Shown here in pieces: positions 9,680 to 19,212 of a stretch of 64,000 nt of DNA (its first letter is position 1; each line of letters begins with the position of its first letter). The stretch is from a virus. The position numbers and the translations under genes were made by a program. Where the stretch lies: IMG/VR virus record IMGVR_UViG_3300008117_000001; one strand, written 5' to 3'. The notes under the pieces were generated by a model. The model made no database searches. It saw only the letters and a program-made list of their open reading frames with translations, and was not told where the DNA came from.

Positions 9680-9833
9680 AGATCAGCGTATTGTAAATAG
9701 AACGTTTATTTTAAATCATTTAGATGATATAATCAAAGAGTCAGTATATTACAGAACGAATGCAGACAACATCTCGGAAGAGGTTGTTGCAAAAATTAAT
9801 ATTTATAGCGATACCAAGGTGAAGATACTGTGA
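9651..9833 (+). CDS. hypothetical protein
   Basis: 60 aa ORF filling the gap, GTGA overlap with primase. Confidence 0.5.
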   Translation: MKNGESKLTKDQRIVNRTFILNHLDDIIKESVYYRTNADNISEEVVAKINIYSDTKVKIL

Positions 9834-11026
9834 AGATGCCAGATGACCAGTCTAAATATATTTCTAACTGGAAATACTTTGAAATAGCAAAGTATGTTAA
9901 GAATTTAGATAGAGTTATTAGAATTAAGAATAACGATCTCCCAGTTCTAATAACTGATGTGGAGTTAGACAATTTTGTAAAACAAAACGATAACACAGGG
10001 TTATACACTTCAATATGGAGATATAACGACAAGAGCCTGGATTCTGCTACTAGATTAGCTTCTCTTTACTTTGATATTGATAATAAAGATCAACAAAAGT
10101 CTTTAAATGACTGCATAAAGCTTTATGAATATTTGTCTAATTTTATACCCAAACATTCTATCGTTGTTTACTTTACAGGGAAAAAGGGTTTCCACATTGA
10201 ATGTGAAGCAATAGCCCTTGGTATAAACCCATCAAACAACTTACCAAATATATTTAGATTCATAGCAGAAAATATTAAATCTAAATTAGGCATTGAATCT
10301 TTAGATTTTAGCGTATATGACGCAAGAAGAATGTGGAGATTAGCTGGCAGTATACACCAGGAGACTGGTTTATATAAAAATATAATTTCTGAAGAAAGAT
10401 TAAAATCCGGCCTAGAAGCAATTATAGATTATTGCAAGAGCCCCTCTGAAAACATAGTGCCAGAGCAGCAGTTCAGCGCCAAAGCCAATGAGTGGTTTAG
10501 GGGTTTTACGTACGAGTTAGAAGTGCACAAGGAAAAGTCTAAAGATTTTATTGGTTACTTCAATAAGCATGGATCGTCTGCATTTAAATCATTTCAAGAA
10601 TCAGAAAAAGAGTTCACCCCTAAAAGTCTAGTAGAAAATTGCCATGCCGTTAAAAGACTGTGGCAACAAGCTATAGAAAAAAAATATCTAGAACATGAAG
10701 CAAGACTATTTCTATGCTCCATCCTGACATATAACGATGAATCTGTAAAGTTTCTTCATGGCATATTAAGTAATTGCGATGATTACAACATTGAGAAAAC
10801 TAATAGTCACATAAATGACTGGATCAAAAGAAGACAGCTTGGAATAGGCGGCAGACCTTACACGTGCGAAAGAGCTAATGCTGTGGGTGTTGGTTGTGGA
10901 GAATGTTCTTTGGAGAAAAGAAATAAGTGGATTAAAGTTGGGGACAAATACGTGGAAACGCAAGATCAATCTTCACCTTCTCCAGTCCGCTTTGCATATA
11001 AAAGTATAAAAAAAGGAGGTGAATAA
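9830..11026 (+). CDS. archaeo-eukaryotic primase with PriL-like Fe-S C-terminal domain
   Basis: LYFDIDN, FTGKKGFH, YDARRMWRL; C-terminal CHAV, HEAR, CDDYN, PYTCE, CGEC. Confidence 0.82.
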   Translation: MKMPDDQSKYISNWKYFEIAKYVKNLDRVIRIKNNDLPVLITDVELDNFVKQNDNTGLYTSIWRYNDKSLDSATRLASLYFDIDNKDQQKSLNDCIKLYEYLSNFIPKHSIVVYFTGKKGFHIECEAIALGINPSNNLPNIFRFIAENIKSKLGIESLDFSVYDARRMWRLAGSIHQETGLYKNIISEERLKSGLEAIIDYCKSPSENIVPEQQFSAKANEWFRGFTYELEVHKEKSKDFIGYFNKHGSSAFKSFQESEKEFTPKSLVENCHAVKRLWQQAIEKKYLEHEARLFLCSILTYNDESVKFLHGILSNCDDYNIEKTNSHINDWIKRRQLGIGGRPYTCERANAVGVGCGECSLEKRNKWIKVGDKYVETQDQSSPSPVRFAYKSIKKGGE

Positions 11027-11028
11027 AA

Positions 11029-11235
11029 ATGGATAATATAAAAGATCCGGATGATGTGGTTGGTGTTTGTTCTGAGTGTAAGTCAGATCAACCAGACAGC
11101 TACATGTATAGAAGTCCTTTTGCCCAAGAGGGAAAGGCAGTGCCCTGCAAGTACTGTGGTGGCGTTGTAATAATTACCTATAGAGAAACAAGAGATCAAT
11201 CTTTAAATGAGTCAGACAGAGGTAGAGGCATTTGA
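11029..11235 (+). CDS. small zinc-finger protein
   Basis: CSEC and CKYC pairs. Confidence 0.65.
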   Translation: MDNIKDPDDVVGVCSECKSDQPDSYMYRSPFAQEGKAVPCKYCGGVVIITYRETRDQSLNESDRGRGI

Positions 11236-14200
11236 TGAAAAACTGGACTAATCTCCATAACCATACCGTTTTCTCAATGCTAGATGGACACGGTGACATA
11301 GAAGAATATTTGACTAGAGCTAAGTCTTTGGGCATGAAAGGTTTAGCTACTACTGATCATGGAAACATTCATTCATGGCTAGACTTTTATGACGCTGGCA
11401 CATCGATAGGGGTAAAGCCAATTCTCGGTTCTGAATTTTATCAAGCTAGAAAATCTAGATTTGATAGAGATGAAGAAGAAAGATCTGGCCCTTCTAAAAA
11501 CGAATGGGAACAGAGAGGTCCATATCACATAACCATTTTAGCTAAAAATAAAATAGGTTATAAAAATATTATCAAAATGTCTTCTAGGTCCTTTCTTGAG
11601 GGATATTACGTAAAGCCTAGAATTGACCATGATTTAATTTCTGAACATGCGGAAGGAATAATTGTACTCTCTGGATGTTTGAATAGCGAAATCTGTCAAG
11701 CTCTACTTAGAGATGATTACAACTTTGCACTCGCTGCTGCTAAAAAGATGCAAGATATAGTTGGCAAAGAAAACTATTTCATAGAAGTTCAAGACCATGG
11801 CTTAGGTGAACAAAGAAAAGTATTTAATCAATTAGTACAAATTGCAGAAACTATAGGTGCAAAAGTTGTTCCTAGTGGTGACTGCCATTATGTCCATAAG
11901 TGCGATGCTAGAGCGCATGACATCATGTTGTGCGTTGCAACAAACGCTAACATTCATACACCTAATAGATTTTCATTTAGTGGCGAAGAATTTTATCTAC
12001 AGTCGTACGATGAAATGTCATCTAAATTTAATCCAGACTGGCTAAAAAACAGTATGGATGTTTGTGACATGGTTGATTTAAACTTAACCTTTGGGGATAT
12101 CCACTTTCCTGATTTCCCTATACCAACTCTTGAAACTTCTGTAGAATACTTTGATAGATTAGCTTGGACTGGCTTGCGTGAAAGATATGGGGATCCACTT
12201 CCTCAGCATATTATTGATAGAGCAAATCACGAAATTCGTGTTGTAAAAGAAATGGGATTCACTGAATACTTTCTTGTAGTTTCAGATCTTGTTAATTGGG
12301 CTAAAAATAATAATGTAAGAGTTGGCTGGGGAAGAGGATCTGCAGCTGGAAGTATTCTATCCTACGCATTCAAAATTACTAATTTAGACCCTATCAAGTT
12401 TGGATTGATGTTTGAACGATTCCTCGTTGAGGGTAGAAAGTCAATGCCCGACATTGACCTAGACTTTGACGATAGGTATCGTGATGAAGTTATCAATTAC
12501 GCTAGAACTAAGTATGGATCTGATCATGTAGCGCATATCTGCACATTCAACAGAACAGGGGCTAGACAGTCAATTAGAGACGCAGCAAGAGCCTTAGGAT
12601 ATGATTTTTCTGCAGGCGATGCAGTTGCGAAACTTGTTCCTCCTCCAGTTCTTGGCGTTTCCAAGAATCTTTCTGAGTGCATGGAAGTTCAAGATTTTAA
12701 ACAGCTGTATGAAAAAGATACTGACGCAAAAAGCATAGTGGATGCTGCCTTTGGTTTAGAGGGCCTAGTTCGACAAACGGGCATGCACGCAGCTGGTATT
12801 GTTATATCAAGAGATGCGCTAACGGAATACTTGCCTATTATGCAAAAGGGCGCTAATAGCCCCATGGTGACACAATGGGACATGGGTAGAGTGGAGCAAT
12901 GCGGCCTGTTAAAGATTGACTTCTTGGGCCTAAGAAATCTTGGCATTATAGATTCATGTGTGAAGTTAATAAAAAAACATCACGATATAGATATAGACAT
13001 AGATCAAATACCACTTGATGACCATAATACTTATGAGCAGTTATGTCGTGGTAATTGCATCGGAGTTTTCCAGCTGGAATCTTCAGGAATGCGTCAACTA
13101 ATGATGCAGCTTCAGCCTAAAAACATAGAAGACATAATGGCCCTAATTTCTCTTTATCGTCCGGGCCCAATGGGCTCTGGAATGGATAGGGAGTATATTG
13201 ACCGCAAGCATGGTCGCAGTAAGGTTAAATACGAGCATCCTAAGTTAGAAAAGGTATTGGGCCCATCTCTTGGCATTATGTTATACCAGGAAGATGTTCT
13301 TGGAGTTGCTAGAGAGCTAGCGGGTTTTACATCCGCTGAAGCTGATGATCTAAGAAAAGTCATCGGAAAAAAGCTTATGGACAAAATAGCTAATATGCGA
13401 TCAAAATTTGTTCAAGACTGCATCAAAAATTCAGGAATAAGCGATACTTTAGCTAATAAAATATTTTCCGACATAGAATATTTTGGTGGCTATGGTTTCA
13501 ACAGAGCGCACGCAGCGAGCTATGCAATGATTAGCTATATTACTGCATATCTAAAAACAAATTATACAGTGGAATATATGGCAGCTTTGATGTCTTCTGT
13601 TGTAGGGAACAAGGACAAGCAATCATTATATTTGGCAGACTGTAGAAAATTAGGCGTTAACGTTATGCCGCCGTCAATAAATTACTCTGGCATAGACTTT
13701 GAGGTATTAGATTCCAATTCTATTATTTTTGGCTTATCTGCAATTAACGGAATCGGTAACTCTATAGCAGAAAATATAGTTTCAATTAGGGATCAGTCAA
13801 AGCCATACACAAACATGCATGATTTTTTCAGAAGATGTGGGGCAACTCTTTTGAAAAAGAGCACATTGGAACATTTAGCTAAAGCTGGTGCACTTGATGA
13901 ATTATTTAATATAGAGGATAACGAGTTAAATAGAATTCAAGAAATCAAACTTCTTGAGATAGAAAAAGAAGAATTAGGGATATATGTTACCGACCATCCT
14001 GTTAATGGAATATGGGACATTTTATCTAAAAAAATTGATTATGAAATATTTGACTTATCAGAACTATCTAATAATACTCAAGTAAAAATTGGTGGAATAT
14101 TAAGCGATGTAAAACCCATGGTGACAAAAAAGGGAATGAAAATGTATAAGTTAATATTGGAAGATATATCTTCTGATATTGAAATTATTGTATTCCCAAA

Positions 14201-14567
14201 GTCATTAAAAAATTTGGGTGAAACACCTTTCTCTAAAGGTGACATATTAATAGTTAATGGTTCAGTAAATAAAGAGGGCGACGAAGAAAATTCAATAGTT
14301 AAGTTATATTATAACTCTTCTGAAAAAGTTGATTCAAAAATATTCTCCAGCGGTAAGGCAATAATATTAGAGATAGATGAAAACTTTTCTCCATCATTAA
14401 TTGAAAAAATATATGGTATAATTGAATCAACAAAAGGTGATAAACCAGTATTCATGCAAATGACTAATGGTAATCACAAATATATATTTAAATTTAAGAA
14501 TAATACATCATCAAAAGTTCAATCTGTTATAGAAAATATTATTAGAATGGAGAAAGAAAATGTCTAG
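11232..14567 (+). CDS. dnaE: DNA polymerase III alpha subunit
   Basis: PHP LHNH..SMLDG, TTDHG, DCHY; GRGSAAGS, SMPDIDLDF, LLKIDFLGL, GVFQLES, YGFNRAHA; C-terminal OB fold. Confidence 0.97.
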   Translation: MMKNWTNLHNHTVFSMLDGHGDIEEYLTRAKSLGMKGLATTDHGNIHSWLDFYDAGTSIGVKPILGSEFYQARKSRFDRDEEERSGPSKNEWEQRGPYHITILAKNKIGYKNIIKMSSRSFLEGYYVKPRIDHDLISEHAEGIIVLSGCLNSEICQALLRDDYNFALAAAKKMQDIVGKENYFIEVQDHGLGEQRKVFNQLVQIAETIGAKVVPSGDCHYVHKCDARAHDIMLCVATNANIHTPNRFSFSGEEFYLQSYDEMSSKFNPDWLKNSMDVCDMVDLNLTFGDIHFPDFPIPTLETSVEYFDRLAWTGLRERYGDPLPQHIIDRANHEIRVVKEMGFTEYFLVVSDLVNWAKNNNVRVGWGRGSAAGSILSYAFKITNLDPIKFGLMFERFLVEGRKSMPDIDLDFDDRYRDEVINYARTKYGSDHVAHICTFNRTGARQSIRDAARALGYDFSAGDAVAKLVPPPVLGVSKNLSECMEVQDFKQLYEKDTDAKSIVDAAFGLEGLVRQTGMHAAGIVISRDALTEYLPIMQKGANSPMVTQWDMGRVEQCGLLKIDFLGLRNLGIIDSCVKLIKKHHDIDIDIDQIPLDDHNTYEQLCRGNCIGVFQLESSGMRQLMMQLQPKNIEDIMALISLYRPGPMGSGMDREYIDRKHGRSKVKYEHPKLEKVLGPSLGIMLYQEDVLGVARELAGFTSAEADDLRKVIGKKLMDKIANMRSKFVQDCIKNSGISDTLANKIFSDIEYFGGYGFNRAHAASYAMISYITAYLKTNYTVEYMAALMSSVVGNKDKQSLYLADCRKLGVNVMPPSINYSGIDFEVLDSNSIIFGLSAINGIGNSIAENIVSIRDQSKPYTNMHDFFRRCGATLLKKSTLEHLAKAGALDELFNIEDNELNRIQEIKLLEIEKEELGIYVTDHPVNGIWDILSKKIDYEIFDLSELSNNTQVKIGGILSDVKPMVTKKGMKMYKLILEDISSDIEIIVFPKSLKNLGETPFSKGDILIVNGSVNKEGDEENSIVKLYYNSSEKVDSKIFSSGKAIILEIDENFSPSLIEKIYGIIESTKGDKPVFMQMTNGNHKYIFKFKNNTSSKVQSVIENIIRMEKENV

Positions 14568-14925
14568 TATTGGGCCAACAATAAATCCAGTTGAAAAATG
14601 GTGCTGGTCGTTCTGTCCCTCCTGCAATAGATGCCAGGACAAGGGTAGATATACACGCTGCAATGGATGCAGTGGAAGATATGATCCAGACCTAAAGATA
14701 TCTGTTGATAACGAAGATTTTTGCGATTGTAAAAACGGCGTTTTAAGATGGAAAACAAAACAAGGAAAATTAATTCTTACAAGATTTAAATCAAACCCTT
14801 TTAAGGGTCAGGTTAGATATGAAAAGAAAACGGAAGATGAAAGAGATTGGGATTCTTACGTAAACGATATGCGAGAAAAATTGGATGATCCAAATTGGAA
14901 TCCAGTAACTATTTACGAGGAGTAA
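14560..14925 (+). CDS. Cys-rich hypothetical protein
   Basis: CWSFCPSCNRC, CNGC, CDC. Confidence 0.7.
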   Translation: MSSIGPTINPVEKWCWSFCPSCNRCQDKGRYTRCNGCSGRYDPDLKISVDNEDFCDCKNGVLRWKTKQGKLILTRFKSNPFKGQVRYEKKTEDERDWDSYVNDMREKLDDPNWNPVTIYEE

Positions 14926-14928
14926 AAA

Positions 14929-15150
14929 ATGATACCAGCAATTGTTCAAAAGGGAAACATAAAGCTAACGGAATATAGTGATCCAACGTACGGATATGAA
15001 GACAAGCTCTTTATTCAATGTACGTGTGTTGGTTTCTATCTTACGAAGAATGATCTAAAAGATTTATTAACTGTTGTTCATTACTATCTAAATGCAGATG
15101 ACATTACCGAAGTTTCTGTTTCTATAGGAGGTGAAAATGTGGCCCTATGA
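14929..15150 (+). CDS. hypothetical protein
   Basis: 73 aa ORF with GAGGAG SD. Confidence 0.65.
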   Translation: MIPAIVQKGNIKLTEYSDPTYGYEDKLFIQCTCVGFYLTKNDLKDLLTVVHYYLNADDITEVSVSIGGENVAL

Positions 15151-15301
15151 AGAAAGTGATCACATGGAAATAGGTGAATCAGGATGGGTTTCTATTAAAA
15201 GTGGTGGCTATAAAAATATTTACAATGGACACACAATAGATGAAAATGGAAAAGAATACGATGAAAATGGATTATTGATATTTGATCCAGACGAAGAGTA
15301 A
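15137..15301 (+). CDS. small acidic hypothetical protein (54 aa)
   Basis: Own translation MWPYEESDHMEIGESGW...FDPDEE; GGAGG SD upstream. Confidence 0.6.
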   Translation: MWPYEESDHMEIGESGWVSIKSGGYKNIYNGHTIDENGKEYDENGLLIFDPDEE

Positions 15302-15314
15302 TTAGGAGTTATTT

Positions 15315-16112
15315 TTGAGTTCAATTAAAATTAAAAGTTATAGTGATTTACAAGATCTAGAACTATTATCTTTGGTAGACTTTTCCTATTCTAGAATAGA
15401 TACATATCAACAGTGTCCGGCTAAATACTTTTATTCTTATATAGCTAAAGAGCCACGGTTATTTAATCCTCCAGCTGTACTGGGCAATATAGTTCACGCT
15501 GTTCTAGAAAATGTTTTAGATAATGATAAAACGCTAGACCTAAACGAATTAGAAGAGGAATATAATAAAAATATTCCCATTTGGGACCCAGAAGATAATA
15601 TACCAAAAGATTTAATATCAGTTGGATCTGTTATCCTACAGGAATTTTATGATGAATATTCTGATAAGAAATTTAATATTTATGAAAAAGAATTAGGATT
15701 TGATTTCATTATAGGGTCATATCGCATAATAGGCTTTATAGATAGGGTCGATATTGTCGGTGATAGGGTAAATATTATTGACTATAAAACTGGCAAATGG
15801 GAAGTCACCCTCAAGGATATTGCAAATAATTTACAGCTAGGCATATATGCACTGGCTATGCACAATATCTTTCCAGAGAAAGAGATATACGCCGAGCTGC
15901 ACTACTTAAGATCTGGTAAAAAGAAAGGCCATCTTTTCACACCTGAAGATATTGAAAATGTAAAGTTAAAATTAATAAGTTCCATAACAAAGATTATCAA
16001 TGATACAAACTTTACCGCAACATCAAATGTGCGGATCTGCTCGTACTGTGATCACGCAAAGAGTGGGGCTTGTCCAACTGGTGTTTTTAGGAACAAAAAG
16101 AGTAATGGATAA
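15315..16112 (+). CDS. PD-(D/E)XK RecB/Cas4-like exonuclease with Fe-S cysteines (TTG start)
   Basis: FSYSRIDTYQQCP, LGNIVH, GFIDRVD, IIDYKTG, QLGIYA, CSYCDH..C. Confidence 0.88.
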   Translation: MSSIKIKSYSDLQDLELLSLVDFSYSRIDTYQQCPAKYFYSYIAKEPRLFNPPAVLGNIVHAVLENVLDNDKTLDLNELEEEYNKNIPIWDPEDNIPKDLISVGSVILQEFYDEYSDKKFNIYEKELGFDFIIGSYRIIGFIDRVDIVGDRVNIIDYKTGKWEVTLKDIANNLQLGIYALAMHNIFPEKEIYAELHYLRSGKKKGHLFTPEDIENVKLKLISSITKIINDTNFTATSNVRICSYCDHAKSGACPTGVFRNKKSNG

Positions 16113-16147
16113 AAAAAAAGACCGGGGTTTCCCCCGGCCTTTTTTTA
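16110..16147. terminator. bidirectional intrinsic terminator
   Basis: GC-rich hairpin agaccgggg-ttt-cccccggcct flanked by an A-run and a T-run, between convergent genes. Confidence 0.85.
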
Positions 16148-16162
16148 TTATTGAAGCAACAA

Positions 16163-16342
16163 TCAGAAGTCTGTTACAGGATTTTCCTCAGCAGAGAGCC
16201 AAAGGTCGAAATCCTCAAACTCAGTTACCATTTTGACAGCCGACTGGTGGTCGAAACCAAGAACCTTGGTCATGTCGTCAATGATCTCTTCGTTGATCGT
16301 CTGATTGATGCTGTTGATGATTGTCTTTAAAGTGTTCATGGT
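16163..16342 (-). CDS. small acidic hypothetical protein, inverted relative to neighbours
   Basis: MNTLKTIINSINQ...NPVTDF; distal part of the 16163..16375 ORF, ending at the terminator. Confidence 0.65.
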   Translation of the reverse strand, partial: TMNTLKTIINSINQTINEEIIDDMTKVLGFDHQSAVKMVTEFEDFDLWLSAEENPVTDF

Positions 16343-16447
16343 GAACAGTGTACTCTCTTTCTTTTGGATTTGCAACCTATTTTGATTTTTTTACCAAGAT
16401 AGTGTATACTTTATGTATGAATTATCTTGATGCATAAAGGATACACA

Positions 16448-17014
16448 ATGACCATACAGATTGTCAACCCAGAAGAGTTTTTTTTGGAGAAATCTTCTTT
16501 TAAAAAACATCCCAATTTGAAAAACATCAGGAACAAATCTATTGATTCTGAGATAATTGAAAACGACGCTGTAATTTCCAGGAAAAAAGGAAACGCGTAT
16601 CAGTATACCAAAACTGGATACAGAAAAGATATAGACATGAATGTCCGTTCTAGCTGGGAAGCAAATTTTGTTAGAGTATTAAGAATCTATAAAATTGATT
16701 TTCAATTTGAACCTACTGTTTTTTCTTTCCCAATTAAGAGGGGAACCAAAGGATATACTCCAGACTTTCTTTTAAATAGAAATAACGATTGGGTAGAAAT
16801 AAAAGGATACCTAGATGATAAGAGTAAGATAAAATTAAAAAGGTTTAAGAGATATTATCCAGATGAATTTGAAAACTTTACCTGCGTCATAAGTAAGTAT
16901 TCAAACGACGCAAAGAACTTTATGAAAGATTTAGAAGTACCAAATATTATTTTTTACGAAGATTTTAGAGATTATTACAGCGAATATATAGTTTGCTGGG
17001 AAGGAAAAAAATGA
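16448..17014 (+). CDS. T7 endonuclease I-like PD-(D/E)XK nuclease (resolvase-like)
   Basis: RSSWEANF, FQFEP, YTPDF, VEIKGY (start could be 16427). Confidence 0.78.
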   Translation: MTIQIVNPEEFFLEKSSFKKHPNLKNIRNKSIDSEIIENDAVISRKKGNAYQYTKTGYRKDIDMNVRSSWEANFVRVLRIYKIDFQFEPTVFSFPIKRGTKGYTPDFLLNRNNDWVEIKGYLDDKSKIKLKRFKRYYPDEFENFTCVISKYSNDAKNFMKDLEVPNIIFYEDFRDYYSEYIVCWEGKK

Positions 17015-17877
17015 CAAGTTATAAAGAACAATATTATTCTTTAGCAGAAGACGAGATGCAAAAACTAATAGCAGATAGCAAAAGGGGTTCGCAAAAAGCT
17101 CAAGCAGAACTGCTACAAGTCTTTAGTAACTTTTTAACGAAATATATTTCGTTACTGTATCACTGTAAGTTTAATTTAAATGATTATGACATTAGAAGGT
17201 TTATATCTTTATTCATAAAAGATCCTTCTACCCGATTCGCTTTGATGAAAAATAAAATAAAGGGCAATAATCTAAAAGTCGTAAATGAAACAATGCGGGG
17301 CATTCATTATATGACTAAAAGATATGGCGATGAAGAAGATATTCGGCAGACAGTTTACATGACGTTCTTCCAATGCCTAGGCAGGTACGAAAGAAAGGAT
17401 TCAGCAAAGGGGCCGATACCGTTTAGTGGATTTTTATATAGTTACTTTTTTTATCTTCTAAAGAAAAATGTGGATACATTTTTAATTGATCAACTTGGCA
17501 GAAAGACTTTCCCACTCCTTGATGACGAAGCAACAAACGATGAAAGTGACGAAGATTATGTTGTTGGGTTTAAGGCTGATCCAATAGAGTACAGCATGGA
17601 AAAACTAATGGCAACTGATAAAATAGATGAATTCTGGGTTTTGGGAGAGAAAGTAGAAGGACCATTTGATAAGCTATCCATACAAGAAAGACAGCTTTTA
17701 AAGTGGAGATACATTGATGGAAAAAGATCTAGCCAAATATCTCAAATTGTCAATGAGCATCCAAATACCGTAAGAGAGCATTTGTCTAAAGTTAGAGAAA
17801 AAATTAAACAAACCCTTTTGGAAGACGAGTTCTCGTATGAAGAACTTTACTATCTGTTAAAAATGGAGACTAAATGA
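17011..17877 (+). CDS. sigma70-family / sigma-like transcription factor
   Basis: Region-2-like EEDIRQTVYMTFFQCLGRY..FSGFLY; region 4 LSIQERQLLKWRY..SSQISQIVNEHPNTVREHL; GGAAGG SD. Confidence 0.72.
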   Translation: MTSYKEQYYSLAEDEMQKLIADSKRGSQKAQAELLQVFSNFLTKYISLLYHCKFNLNDYDIRRFISLFIKDPSTRFALMKNKIKGNNLKVVNETMRGIHYMTKRYGDEEDIRQTVYMTFFQCLGRYERKDSAKGPIPFSGFLYSYFFYLLKKNVDTFLIDQLGRKTFPLLDDEATNDESDEDYVVGFKADPIEYSMEKLMATDKIDEFWVLGEKVEGPFDKLSIQERQLLKWRYIDGKRSSQISQIVNEHPNTVREHLSKVREKIKQTLLEDEFSYEELYYLLKMETK

Positions 17878-18392
17878 ATAGTTCAACTCTTGAAAAGCTT
17901 CAGGAAATGTTACAGCAGTTCCTTGGCCCTCAGCTAAAAGAAGTTATAGACGCCTACAATGACAACGATAATTCATACAAATACTTTATCGAAATTCCGG
18001 AAACTGATGTCGTAGATTTAGGCATAGAAAAGATAGCTTCACTGGTCGCTAGAACGTCTAATGTTTACGGTAGAGCAGCTAGATTTGCGGGAATAGCTAG
18101 AGCTCAGTACAAGATATTGGAAGGGAAATATAAGAAAGTTTACAAATCAAATCGTGTAGGAAAAAACGAAGCAGAGCGAGAGGCTGCAGCTATGGACGCT
18201 GCAGAGGATGAATACTTTGCTCTAGTAACATGTGAGGCAATTGTCAATCTGGCTGAAGCCATGGAATCCGCTGCAAGAATAGCATCGGAGTCAGCTAGAA
18301 AGTTGATGGACAAAATACAGTCCATGCAAGTTGCCTCATTTAGAGAAGACAAAGGCTCTTTTATGGAGTCTGATTTTTTTAGCACATACTAA
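17874..18392 (+). CDS. helical hypothetical protein
   Basis: 172 aa Ala/Glu-rich coiled-coil ORF. Confidence 0.7.
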   Translation: MNSSTLEKLQEMLQQFLGPQLKEVIDAYNDNDNSYKYFIEIPETDVVDLGIEKIASLVARTSNVYGRAARFAGIARAQYKILEGKYKKVYKSNRVGKNEAEREAAAMDAAEDEYFALVTCEAIVNLAEAMESAARIASESARKLMDKIQSMQVASFREDKGSFMESDFFSTY

Positions 18393-18402
18393 AGGATAAT
18401 AT

Positions 18403-18627
18403 ATGTTTATAGGTTACTATAAGAGTGTTGCTTCTTCTAAGGAGTTTTACTCGTCCAAAAGAAGTGATTTAAATTTTCCAATTCAAGTTGAATATGAAGG
18501 CGATAGATATCTGTTAAATAAAACCATACAGGTATCTTCTGAATCTCAAGAAAAAAATATTATTAACACCGCCAAGAAATACGGAATTAAATATGACATT
18601 AGAATTGACTCAGGAGCAAACAGCTGA
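18403..18627 (+). CDS. hypothetical protein
   Basis: 74 aa ORF with AAGGA SD. Confidence 0.6.
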   Translation: MFIGYYKSVASSKEFYSSKRSDLNFPIQVEYEGDRYLLNKTIQVSSESQEKNIINTAKKYGIKYDIRIDSGANS

Positions 18628-18760
18628 TTTAAAGTCAGAAATTGAAAACTTTTTGTTTGAAATATCTTCCCAAGACAGGGAATTATATTCTAGACAAGAG
18701 GTAGAAAATATGCTCCTTGACATATATTCTTTGCTTAAAACAAACTGAAAACGGTGTTAA

Positions 18761-19195
18761 ATGAACATAGAAGTTTTTTGTGATGGCGCATCACGAGGCC
18801 AGGGCCAAAAAAAATTTGGAGAGGCAGCATGTGCTGTCGTGGTCTATAAAAATAGAAAAAAGATAGCACAGTTCGCTAGAGGACTCGGCCCAAGAACTAA
18901 CAATGAAGCAGAGTATGAGGCTGTAATAGCTGGCCTTCTGATATGCTCTATGGCTGATTTAGTGGACCCTATTATATATACTGATTCCTCTACGGTTGCT
19001 AGCCAGATAAATGGTAAGGCTAAGTGCAGGAGTCGTTCATTAATTCCTCTGTTGATGACTATAGAGGAAATAAAAGATGAGTTTAACTTTCGTGTAGTTC
19101 AAGTAAAAAGATCTTTTGTCTGGGAGCCTGACGCACTAGCAAATACGTTTCTTGACGAATTAGAACTAAGAAAAGAACACATTTCCAAGATGTAA
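18761..19195 (+). CDS. rnhA: ribonuclease HI
   Basis: FCDGASRG, TNNEAEYEA, YTDS, PDALAN. Confidence 0.9.
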   Translation: MNIEVFCDGASRGQGQKKFGEAACAVVVYKNRKKIAQFARGLGPRTNNEAEYEAVIAGLLICSMADLVDPIIYTDSSTVASQINGKAKCRSRSLIPLLMTIEEIKDEFNFRVVQVKRSFVWEPDALANTFLDELELRKEHISKM

Positions 19196-19196
19196 C

Positions 19197-19205
19197 TGCT
19201 ATAAT
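19197..19205 (+). promoter_or_regulatory. extended -10 promoter (TGnTATAAT), candidate leaderless transcript
   Basis: TGCTATAAT ends 7 nt before the ATG at 19213; no SD upstream. Confidence 0.55.
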
Positions 19206-19212
19206 AGATAGT

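Noticed and set aside
11232-14567. Possible intein or intron in dnaE
   Set aside because: 1111 aa is a normal length, motifs are contiguous and no Hint or LAGLIDADG signature is seen
15315-16112. Cas4 of a CRISPR system
   Set aside because: No cas1, cas2 or array; a solo PD-(D/E)XK nuclease in a phage replication context
17874-18392. UvsY-like recombination mediator
   Set aside because: Only general helical and size similarity; no diagnostic motif recognised
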